31,030 nt of DNA from an uncultured Planctomycetales bacterium (lineage in GTDB: Bacteria > Omnitrophota > Gorgyraeia > Gygaellales > Profunditerraquicolaceae), in the NCBI GenBank assembly GCA_964572435.1, contig CAZNGC010000001.1, forward strand, positions 1 to 31,030, in the 5' to 3' direction. The notes under the pieces are model-generated. The model was not told where the DNA came from, searched no databases, and saw only the letters and a list, made by a program, of their open reading frames with translations. How positions within the stretch are numbered: the stretch's first letter is position 1; each line of letters starts with the position of its first letter. The translations under genes and the position numbers were made by a program. Shown here one piece after another: positions 8,573-16,113 of the stretch.

Positions 8573-9973
8573 TCAACGCAGGGCAAACGCGGAATGAATG
8601 AGCCCGCGGAATTCCCTCCAGGACCGGACTCCCATAGCTGTCTTGAATATAAAGGCCGGCCTCAAGTAAAAGCTCCTCATGGATTTTTTTATCCACCTAT
8701 CCAGGTCGTCCGCGGAAAGTTCCGAATCAAGCGGGGCAAAACCACTCGACAATTCCTTGTGGCCGAGGGCATACTCCATCCAAGTGTCCACGCCGTCGCG
8801 CCGCACCACCATATCGTACAAACCGGTGTTTGGTATGGGGACAAGTTTGTTAATCTGCACGTAGTCTAGGTTGAGTTCTTTGGCGAATTCGACTGTCTTA
8901 AGGATATTCCGCCTGCTTTCTCCAGGAAAACCGATTATAAAGAACCCTAAAACCGACATTCTTTCCTCTTTCGTCCAACGCACCACATCCCTGATTAACG
9001 AAAGCGGGATATCCCTTTTAACCGCCTTGAGAACTTCGGGATTTGCGGATTCGATACCATAATGCACTCTTCCGCATCCGGCCCTGGCGAATAATTTGAT
9101 GAGTTCCCTGTCAACGCAATCCGGCCTGGTCCGGATTGTCCAGACAAGGTCCATCTCCCTCCTGATTATCTCCTCGCATATAAGCACGGCCCTCTGTTTA
9201 TTGAGGGAAAATATCTCATCGTAAAAATTGATTTCTTTGATCTTAAACCTGCCGCGGCATTCCTCCATTTCATCGACTACCCTAACAGGATCCCGGAATA
9301 CCACCTTTTTATCATGCAGGCAGTATGTGCATTCAAAAGGGCACCCCGAGCTGGACATCATTACCGTGGAAGGGTATCTCTTCGAAAGAATGGTGGTATA
9401 TTTGTGGTTAGGCAGTAAGTGCCTGGCCGGCCAGGGAGCGCTGTCGATATCGATTTTCCCTTCTCTTCCCCTGGTGATTATAAACTCATCTCCTTTTCTA
9501 AAAGCTATACCCTTGACGCCATTAGGGTCATTGCCATTTTCCAGGCAATTTATCAATTCAGGCATGCTCTCCCATCCCTCGCCTACTACGCAGAAATCGA
9601 TTTCCTTGAAAGTAAGCGTCTGCCGGGGGTAAAACGTAACATGCGGTCCCCCGACAATCACGGTGGCCTTGCAAGCACTCTTTACCACCCTTATCCACTC
9701 TAAATCAACATGAAAATTTGGGGTTACTAAAGAAAAGGAAATGATCCCGGGGTTGAATGTTCTGGCTTCCTCGATAACTTCTTTTACGGTCAGGCGCAGC
9801 GCGTTGGCGTCGATAATCTTAACCTGATGATGTTCCTCCTCCATTATCGCGGCAAGATAAGCAATCCCCAAAGGCGGCAGGATAGCGCCTTCCCGGCTGT
9901 TCTGCCGGCAAACATTCTCGGTAGAAGCAGCCTTGCATACTTGCTGCGGAGGGAAAATGAATAGTATTCTCAT
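8573..9973 (-). CDS. Cobalamin-binding radical SAM protein (HpnJ/BchE-like architecture)
   Basis: LPPLGIAYLAA, VGGPHVT, DFCVVGEGW, SSGCPFECTYC, GIES, GFFIIGFPGE; 466 aa. Confidence 0.92.
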   Translation of the reverse strand: MRILFIFPPQQVCKAASTENVCRQNSREGAILPPLGIAYLAAIMEEEHHQVKIIDANALRLTVKEVIEEARTFNPGIISFSLVTPNFHVDLEWIRVVKSACKATVIVGGPHVTFYPRQTLTFKEIDFCVVGEGWESMPELINCLENGNDPNGVKGIAFRKGDEFIITRGREGKIDIDSAPWPARHLLPNHKYTTILSKRYPSTVMMSSSGCPFECTYCLHDKKVVFRDPVRVVDEMEECRGRFKIKEINFYDEIFSLNKQRAVLICEEIIRREMDLVWTIRTRPDCVDRELIKLFARAGCGRVHYGIESANPEVLKAVKRDIPLSLIRDVVRWTKEERMSVLGFFIIGFPGESRRNILKTVEFAKELNLDYVQINKLVPIPNTGLYDMVVRRDGVDTWMEYALGHKELSSGFAPLDSELSADDLDRWIKKSMRSFYLRPAFIFKTAMGVRSWREFRGLIHSAFALR

Positions 9974-10031
9974 AATATTACGGATGATGAAACTTGCCTT
10001 ACCGCGATGTTTTAAAACTTCTGCCGTCTTT

Positions 10032-10871
10032 TTAAGAAGCCTTTTCGGGCAACAAGATAGTCAATACCGCGCGTATGCCCCATTTTGGCCCGCAGCTGGG
10101 AGTCTGCGGGTAATAGATCCCGGATATCCCGGCGCTCAAGAACCTGCCGAAAAACGGGATAACCTGGCTAACCCCTCCGATCAGGGGGACCGTCCACTCC
10201 CTGTCCTTCCAGTTATAAGTCGATTCGGAAGAAAAAGAAATGGTGAATCCATTCTTGGAAGTATGCGAGAAAAAAGGCTGGAGGTAAGTAGCGCATATGT
10301 CCTGGCGCGAGTCATTACCGGCATAAGACCAGGTATGGTTGGCAAGAACACCCGCCGTCCACGGACCGGATTGCTTAAGCACGACTCCGTTAGGGCCTAC
10401 CCCGTATTTTTCAGAACCAAGGTATTTACTGGCGGCCGTTGGGAAAAGCAAAACCGGGCCTACCCCCCAAATCAACCCTTTTGACCCCGGCTCTTTGGGG
10501 GAAAAGAAAGCCTCTATCTCCATATCGCCGAAACCTTCCTGTGAAGCCCGTCCGACGACGTCTTTTTGGTAAATATAAGGCACGATCGGACGGAATATGA
10601 AATTCCAATCTTGATTAACGGAAAAAGGGACCACCGGCTGGGACTTAAGCGTATAACGGAAACCTTTCTTTTCAGAACCAAGCTTGTATTCAAAGTTATT
10701 CTGGAAAGGAATACTGATCAGCGAAGCTACGGGATTTTGCAGTTTCTTGGCTAATTTTTCGCTGGTTGCCACGGGTGGTTCTGCCCCGCTTCCGGGCCGG
10801 GCTTCTTCCTGGGCAAAAATAACCCCCCGGGACAATAACAGAATCACTGCGCAATATATAAATTTCTTCAC
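10032..10871 (-). CDS. Putative outer-membrane beta-barrel ('transporter'/MetA-pathway-like family)
   Basis: Signal peptide, LAKKLQNPVASLISIPFQNN family signature and alternating beta-strand pattern (WGVGPVLLFPTA, YLQPFFSHT). Confidence 0.75.
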   Translation of the reverse strand: MKKFIYCAVILLLSRGVIFAQEEARPGSGAEPPVATSEKLAKKLQNPVASLISIPFQNNFEYKLGSEKKGFRYTLKSQPVVPFSVNQDWNFIFRPIVPYIYQKDVVGRASQEGFGDMEIEAFFSPKEPGSKGLIWGVGPVLLFPTAASKYLGSEKYGVGPNGVVLKQSGPWTAGVLANHTWSYAGNDSRQDICATYLQPFFSHTSKNGFTISFSSESTYNWKDREWTVPLIGGVSQVIPFFGRFLSAGISGIYYPQTPSCGPKWGIRAVLTILLPEKAS

Positions 10872-10941
10872 AAATAACCCCTGTCTTTTTAAATACCCGG
10901 GAGAAATTCTTCGGCTGGCACATCCAATTCCAACTTAAATC

Positions 10942-10970
10942 ATTATATACCTATTCTTACCTCGCGCCAA
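10942..10970 (-). promoter_or_regulatory. sigma70-type promoter for the barrel gene
   Basis: TTGGCG-17 nt-TATAAT. Confidence 0.6.
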
Positions 10971-11001
10971 CTTAATCAATAGAGAGCGTTTCCCCGGGAA
11001 C

Positions 11002-11034
11002 AAAAACCCCTGCGGGTATTTAACCGGCAGGGGG
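11002..11034 (-). terminator. Intrinsic terminator downstream of tRNA-Gln
   Basis: Minus strand CCCCTGC-C-GGT-TAAAT-ACC-C-GCAGGGG followed by TTTTT. Confidence 0.8.
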
Positions 11035-11044
11035 ATTAAGATAT

Positions 11045-11118
11045 TGGTTGCCCCGCATGGACTCGAACCATGACAACAAGATCCAGAATCTTGTGTCCTA
11101 CCATTAGACGACAGGGCA
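11045..11118 (-). tRNA. tRNA-Gln(CTG), CCA encoded
   Basis: TGCCCTGTCGTCTAATGGTAGGACACAAGATTCTGGATCTTGTTGTCATGGTTCGAGTCCATGCGGGGCAACCA: U1-A72 acceptor stem, anticodon arm CAAGA-TTCTGGA-TCTTG and T-loop GTTCGAG. Confidence 0.96.
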
Positions 11119-11138
11119 ATAGTTTTATTTATTTAAGA

Positions 11139-11167
11139 AGTATAACGTGGATAAAAAACTAAATCAA
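11139..11167 (-). promoter_or_regulatory. sigma70-type promoter for tRNA-Gln
   Basis: TTGATT-17 nt-TATACT, 20 nt upstream of the mature tRNA 5' end. Confidence 0.7.
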
Positions 11168-11236
11168 GGGAATTATTTTACAAAACCTGCCAGGATAAAC
11201 CTGCCGCATCGAACAGGCGATATGCTGATCCCATGC

Positions 11237-11539
11237 CTATCTTAATTTAACGGCTATATCCAGAAGAGTGCTAACCAAAAAAGATCTTATGAACATTATC
11301 GCCAGGAAAGCGATTACCGGGGATATGTCGATGCCGAACTTCAGGCTTACCGGAAGGACTCTTCTTATGGGAGACAGCACCGGTTCGGTAAACTTCTCCA
11401 GGAACTGCACTATCGGGTTATACGGATCAGGGTTAACCCAGCTTAACAGCGCGCGGATTAACAACAACCAGTAATATATCCCGAGGATTACGTTTAAAAC
11501 ATTGGCTGCAGCGACGATAAAATTAGCGAGGATAAAAAT
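11237..11539 (-). CDS. yggT: YggT family membrane protein, apparent ATT start codon
   Basis: IRALLSWVNPDPYNPIVQFL..TEPVL.PIR..DISP signature. The family-like N-terminus (M)FILANFIVAAANVLNVILGIYYW begins at ATT 11539, 6 nt after GGAGG. The ORF-track start at 11467 truncates TM1. Confidence 0.85.
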   Translation of the reverse strand: MFILANFIVAAANVLNVILGIYYWLLLIRALLSWVNPDPYNPIVQFLEKFTEPVLSPIRRVLPVSLKFGIDISPVIAFLAIMFIRSFLVSTLLDIAVKLR

Positions 11540-11562
11540 ATTTTCCCTCCGCGTTGACCTCT

Positions 11563-11709
11563 TTACTTGCCAGCGCCATGCGCGTCTTCGTATTTCTTCA
11601 GAAACTTTGTAATATTTTTGTTTATACGGCGGATGTTGAATGATATGTCCACGATAAAAACAAAAACCAACCCCAGCATCAATGCTGAAAAAACGGTTGT
11701 ATAAAGCAT
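11563..11709 (-). CDS. 48-aa single-pass membrane peptide, unknown function
   Basis: AAGGAGG RBS then ATG; MLYTTVFSALMLGLVFVFIVDISFNIRRINKNITKFLKKYEDAHGAGK*. Below the ORF-track length cutoff. Confidence 0.65.
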   Translation of the reverse strand: MLYTTVFSALMLGLVFVFIVDISFNIRRINKNITKFLKKYEDAHGAGK

Positions 11710-11795
11710 CCTTCGCCTCCTTTGGGCTTACGATACCCCCTTGCCGGGGCCTGGAAAATGTTATTAAACACGAATTTGCGGATTACGGCGGAAAA

Positions 11796-11877
11796 ATAAA
11801 TAAAAAAGGCAAGGGGAAATTTTCTTGGCTTTAGCCTCTGGGCATTGCCTGCCCGCTGGTAGTTTACCCCTTGCCTT
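11796..11877 (-). terminator. Terminator-like multi-branch hairpin (possible attenuator or small RNA)
   Basis: 11-bp perfect stem AAGGCAAGGGG/CCCCTTGCCTT (11867-11877 with 11806-11816) enclosing ~50 nt with sub-hairpins, followed by a T-rich run (TTTTATTTATTTTT). Confidence 0.65.
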
Positions 11878-11892
11878 ACTTCTCACTGATAA

Positions 11893-11922
11893 AATATAAC
11901 ACATATTATCCATATATTTCAA
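11893..11922 (-). promoter_or_regulatory. sigma70-type promoter immediately upstream of the structured element
   Basis: TTGAAA-18 nt-TATATT with extended -10 TG-T-TATATT. Confidence 0.55.
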
Positions 11923-11939
11923 GGGGAAGAAAAATATTT

Positions 11940-12524
11940 TTATTTATCATTCTTCGCCTTACCGCCAAGCTTTCCGGCATCCAGATTAGCCGTGGCCGAC
12001 TGGATTATCTTCTGGTATTCTGGAGGCAATTTTGAGAGGTCCATGCCCGCGGGCAGGCCTCCGGCAGGGCTGACCGTCCCGGGCTTCCCGGAACCAGCTC
12101 CCTGCATACCTTGCGTAACCATCTGGATCATCTTCTTGTATTCAGGCGGCAGTTGGGATAAATCCGCTTCCGGAGAAGGCCCTGAAACCACAGGGATTGT
12201 TTCCACAGGCTGGGCGGCCTCCGGAGGCGTCAATAAAACAGCCTTTTCTTCCTTTGGCTTAGGAGGGATATTCAACGAAGACGAATAGGCCTGGTAAAGG
12301 GATTTAAGCTGGGGGCTGACAACATCGTTCCCCGGGACAATGGAAGCTATTTCATCCTTATAGTAAACCAGCTCCACCCCGAGAAAATCCAGTTTCACGT
12401 ACTGTTCCGTATTCTCGGTAATCTTCGCATCGACTCTTTGCCCCGATTTAAGTATTATCGTTTCGCTAAAACCAGTCCCCGCAAAAGAAACCAGGAAAAT
12501 GACGCAAGAAATGCAAAGTTTCAT
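11940..12524 (-). CDS. Secreted hypothetical protein with a Pro-rich linker and two DLSxLPPEYxKxIQ repeats
   Basis: Signal peptide; small beta domain (IILKSGQRVDAKITE); ATG 12524 overlaps the gltX stop (ATGA). The ORF track starts at 12533. Confidence 0.75.
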   Translation of the reverse strand: MKLCISCVIFLVSFAGTGFSETIILKSGQRVDAKITENTEQYVKLDFLGVELVYYKDEIASIVPGNDVVSPQLKSLYQAYSSSLNIPPKPKEEKAVLLTPPEAAQPVETIPVVSGPSPEADLSQLPPEYKKMIQMVTQGMQGAGSGKPGTVSPAGGLPAGMDLSKLPPEYQKIIQSATANLDAGKLGGKAKNDK

Positions 12525-13813
12525 TTTGCCCATTTCAGCAGTCTCCTTTTCGTCCTTTCCATCCCAAGATGATATATCAGCTCAAAGAGCCCGGGGCCGA
12601 TGGTTTTTCCGGTCAAGGCCACCCTTAACGGATGGATCAATACCTTAGCCTCAATATTGAGTTCGGAAACCAGGTCCCGGAAACATTTTTCGATATTCTC
12701 AACACTGTAATCGCTTAATCCTTCAAGCCCGGCGATAAAAAGATTGAATTCTTTTGACAGGTCCCTGCTCAAGAATTTATCCCGGGCAGCCGGATCCATT
12801 GCTGCTTCTTCAACGAAAAAGAAATCCGCCCAGTCGGCGAAATCGTTTATGTGGGCAAGCCTGGGTTGGAATAATTTTATCAGCCCAAGGACATACTCGC
12901 GGTCATACCCTTCTTTTTTAATATACCCCTTATCGATAAGCAAAGGCATAATTTCGTCCAGAAGCTTCTGCGGGTCAGCATCCTTCAGATACTGGTTATT
13001 TATCCAATCCAACTTCTTGAGGTCGAACGTGGCCGCGGTCTTATTCACGTTCCTGATATCGAACAGCGCAACCGCCTCTTTAAGGCCGATTATCTCCCGG
13101 TTCCCCCCGGGAGACCAGCTTAATAACAAAAGATAATTTACCAATGCCTCCGGCAGATAACCCATCCTGCGGTAATCGCTGATCGCGGTCGCCCCTGTTC
13201 TTTTGGAAAGCCTTCCTCCGTCAACACCCATGATCAAAGGGAGGTGCGCAAAATAAGGAAGCGAAAAACCCAGGGCCTCATAAAACATGGCCTGTTTGGG
13301 CGTATTGGAAATATGATCGTCCCCGCGGATTATGTGCGTAATATTCATCTCCGCGTCGTCAACCACGCAGGCGAAGTTATATGTAGGGGTGCCGTCTGAT
13401 TTTATCAATACCTGGTCTTTTATCAGGCTGGAATCGAATTCAATCTGCCCGCGAACCAGGTCGTTAACCTTTATCTTCCCGGAGGGGACCTTAAAAATCA
13501 CCGCCTCCTTGCCCTCGGGAGATTTTTCAATATAGGCCAGGCCGGATTTAAGCAGTTTATCGGCATGCATACGATACCTGTCAAAACGCTCGCTCTGATA
13601 ATAAAGCTCATCCCAATCAAAACCCAGCCACTTGAGACTGAAGAGTATCTCGTCGACAAATTCCTTCTTCGAACGCTCTTTATCCGTGTCCTCGATCCTC
13701 AAAACAAACTTGCCTTTTTGTGATTGCGAAAAAAGCCAGTTAAATAAAGCCGTGCGCCCTCCTCCGATATGCAGATTGCCTGTCGGGCTCGGTGCGAATC
13801 TTACCCTAACCAT
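12521..13813 (-). CDS. gltX: Glutamate--tRNA ligase
   Basis: VRVRFAPSPTGNLHIGG, RIEDTD, IIRGDDH, RLSKR (KMSKS-equivalent). Confidence 0.96.
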   Translation of the reverse strand: MVRVRFAPSPTGNLHIGGGRTALFNWLFSQSQKGKFVLRIEDTDKERSKKEFVDEILFSLKWLGFDWDELYYQSERFDRYRMHADKLLKSGLAYIEKSPEGKEAVIFKVPSGKIKVNDLVRGQIEFDSSLIKDQVLIKSDGTPTYNFACVVDDAEMNITHIIRGDDHISNTPKQAMFYEALGFSLPYFAHLPLIMGVDGGRLSKRTGATAISDYRRMGYLPEALVNYLLLLSWSPGGNREIIGLKEAVALFDIRNVNKTAATFDLKKLDWINNQYLKDADPQKLLDEIMPLLIDKGYIKKEGYDREYVLGLIKLFQPRLAHINDFADWADFFFVEEAAMDPAARDKFLSRDLSKEFNLFIAGLEGLSDYSVENIEKCFRDLVSELNIEAKVLIHPLRVALTGKTIGPGLFELIYHLGMERTKRRLLKWAK

Positions 13814-14342
13814 TGCTTAACTTCACTCCTTCCTGCAGCGCTTTCTTATTGACCTCAACGACATCCGTCTTTCCGGCAGGGGCCATTGTTTTAAATACTT
13901 CGGTTACCTCCCCGGGATTTACGATTTTTTTAGCGCCAAGATAACAACCCAGTGCCACCATATTGGCTACCTTGATATTCCCCAGCTTCAAGGCGATATC
14001 AGTGAATGGATACTGCAACAGATGTATATTCTTCATCCCGCTAACCTTGGCCAAAGAGGAATTGAGAACCAGCAAACCGTCATCCCGGACCCTCTCCTTG
14101 AATTTATCCAGCGAAGGTCCATTTAGAATGATGAGTGTATCGGCCTTGTTGACATAAGGAGACCCTATCTCATTATCCGAGATTGTGACCATGCAGTGGC
14201 TTGTCCCCCCGCGCACTTCAGCCCCGTAAGCGGGAAACCAGCTGACCTGACAGCCATGGCGCATAACCGCCTCGGCCAAAACCTTGCCTAAAAGCATTAC
14301 TCCTTGCCCGCCGCTGCCGGCCACGATTACCTTTTCAGTCAT
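13806..14342 (-). CDS. 2-oxoacid:ferredoxin oxidoreductase gamma subunit
   Basis: AGSGGQGV, PAYGAEVRGGTS, NMVALG. Confidence 0.92.
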   Translation of the reverse strand: MTEKVIVAGSGGQGVMLLGKVLAEAVMRHGCQVSWFPAYGAEVRGGTSHCMVTISDNEIGSPYVNKADTLIILNGPSLDKFKERVRDDGLLVLNSSLAKVSGMKNIHLLQYPFTDIALKLGNIKVANMVALGCYLGAKKIVNPGEVTEVFKTMAPAGKTDVVEVNKKALQEGVKLSNG

Positions 14343-15067
14343 TTAATCTTTCCCAAAGGAAATTCCTTTTGCATCACGTCCCTGATCCAATCCAGGGCGT
14401 TTTTCGGACTCATCCCCCAATAGGTCGGGCAAGGCGAAAGTACCTCTACCAGTGAAAACCCGCGCTTATCCATTTGGTTTTTGAACGCCTGTTTTATCGC
14501 TTCTTTTGCCTTTAATACCTGACGGGGATCATAAAGAGAGACTCTTTCAACATAATAGACCCCGGGCAGCCCGGCGAGCATTTCGGAAATCTTCAATGGA
14601 AAACCGTGTTCTTCCCGCTGCCGGCCGTTAACCGTCGTCGATGTTTTCTGCCCGAGCAGGGTAGTCGGGGCCATCTGGCCACCGGTCATCCCGTATATCG
14701 CGTTGTTAATGAAAACCACGCTTAAATTCTCCCCCCGGTTAGCGGCATGAATAGTTTCATTAGTGCCTATCGCCGCTAAGTCCCCGTCACCCTGATATGT
14801 AAAGACCACCGACCCCGGCCTTACTCTTTTTATGGCCGTAGCTACGGCCAGGGCGCGTCCGTGAGCGGCTTCGGAACAATCGAATTTCCAATAATCATAG
14901 GCGACAACCGCGCACCCCACCGGCGCCACCCCGATGGTTTTCTCTCTTATCCCCAACTCATCGATTGCCTCGGCAACCAAACGGTGCGCGATACCGTGTC
15001 CGCAACCCGGGCAATAATGGGTAGCGCAATTATACAGGGCATCAGGATAAGCGAATATTTTTTTCAT
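14339..15067 (-). CDS. 2-oxoacid:ferredoxin oxidoreductase beta (TPP-binding) subunit, VorA-like
   Basis: YCPGCGHG, QGDGDLAAIG..NNAIYGMTGGQ, LSPCPT. Confidence 0.93.
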   Translation of the reverse strand: MKKIFAYPDALYNCATHYCPGCGHGIAHRLVAEAIDELGIREKTIGVAPVGCAVVAYDYWKFDCSEAAHGRALAVATAIKRVRPGSVVFTYQGDGDLAAIGTNETIHAANRGENLSVVFINNAIYGMTGGQMAPTTLLGQKTSTTVNGRQREEHGFPLKISEMLAGLPGVYYVERVSLYDPRQVLKAKEAIKQAFKNQMDKRGFSLVEVLSPCPTYWGMSPKNALDWIRDVMQKEFPLGKIK

Positions 15068-16113
15068 TATACGATCTCACCCGCCTTGTCGATAATATCC
15101 TCCTCGACAGGGACACCTCCTCCCGCTCGGCCGATAAAATGCACCCGCGCGGAATTTTCCACCGCCAGCCTTACATCCTCCACCATCTGGCCATAAGACA
15201 TTTCTATCACGAGATATCTGGTTTTTTCATTTGCCGACCGGAAGGCCTTTTCGGGAAACGGCCAAAGACTGATCGGCCGGATTAGCCCCACTTTTTTCCC
15301 CGCAATCCTCAAACGGTTGAGCGCTCCCCTGGCGATACGCGCAGCCGTCCCGTAAGCGACCAAAACGAGATCCGCGTCATTCAAGAATAAACTTTCATAA
15401 CGTTGCTCTTTTTCTTTTATAAGGGCGTAATTTTTCTGAAGTATTAAATTAGATTTTTCCAGATCGCCTTCGCGCATAAAAAATGATTTTACGATATTCG
15501 GTTTCCTCCCCCGGCAACCTGTAAGCGCCCAGGGTCTCACGGGAAGATCGGCTTTCCTGACGGACAAATTTACCGGCTCCATCATCTGCCCCAATACCCC
15601 ATCGCCCAAGATCATGACCGCAATACGGTACTTATCCGCCAGGCGGAAAGCCGTTTGCGACAAATCGTACGCCTCCTGCGCCCCGGAGGGAGCCAAGACT
15701 ATCAGACGGTAATCTCCGTGGCCTCCCCCTCGGGTGGCCTGGAAATAATCCGACTGCGCCGGAGCGATATTCCCAAGCCCCGGACCGCCGCGCATGATAT
15801 TCACGATCACCGCCGGAAGCCTCGCCCCGGAAATATAGGACAGCCCTTCCTGCTTAAGGCTTATCCCCGGGCTGGATGAAGAAGTCATCGCCCTGGCGCC
15901 TGCCGCTGAAGCGCCATAAACCATGTTAATCGCGGCAATCTCCGATTCCGCCTGAATAAAGACCCCTCCGGAAAGCGGCATATTCTTGGCCATATAGGCG
16001 ATAAGTTCATTTTGCGGAGTGATCGGGTATCCCGCGTAAAAATCACACCCGGCCTGGATAGCTCCTTGCGCGATCGCTTCGTTCCCGGAAATCAAGATTC
16101 TTCTTTTCGGCAT
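15067..16113 (-). CDS. 2-oxoacid:ferredoxin oxidoreductase alpha subunit, VorB-like
   Basis: GNEAIA..FYAGYPITPQ, QAESEIAA, TSSSSPGISLKQE. Start set at ATG 16113 (TAATG overlap) rather than 16167. Confidence 0.93.
   Translation of the reverse strand: MPKRRILISGNEAIAQGAIQAGCDFYAGYPITPQNELIAYMAKNMPLSGGVFIQAESEIAAINMVYGASAAGARAMTSSSSPGISLKQEGLSYISGARLPAVIVNIMRGGPGLGNIAPAQSDYFQATRGGGHGDYRLIVLAPSGAQEAYDLSQTAFRLADKYRIAVMILGDGVLGQMMEPVNLSVRKADLPVRPWALTGCRGRKPNIVKSFFMREGDLEKSNLILQKNYALIKEKEQRYESLFLNDADLVLVAYGTAARIARGALNRLRIAGKKVGLIRPISLWPFPEKAFRSANEKTRYLVIEMSYGQMVEDVRLAVENSARVHFIGRAGGGVPVEEDIIDKAGEIV

Noticed and set aside
9993-10002. 10-bp CTTGCCTTAC shared with the leader stem at 11870-11879
   Set aside because: A single short match with no supporting structure; consistent with chance.
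11806-11877. Identification of the structured leader as a c-di-GMP-I (GEMM) riboswitch or a tRNA
   Set aside because: Only loose resemblance (GGTAAAC, TAAAGCC); the GAAA tetraloop/receptor and GGGACGCAAAGCC core are missing, and there is no T-loop or anticodon arm.
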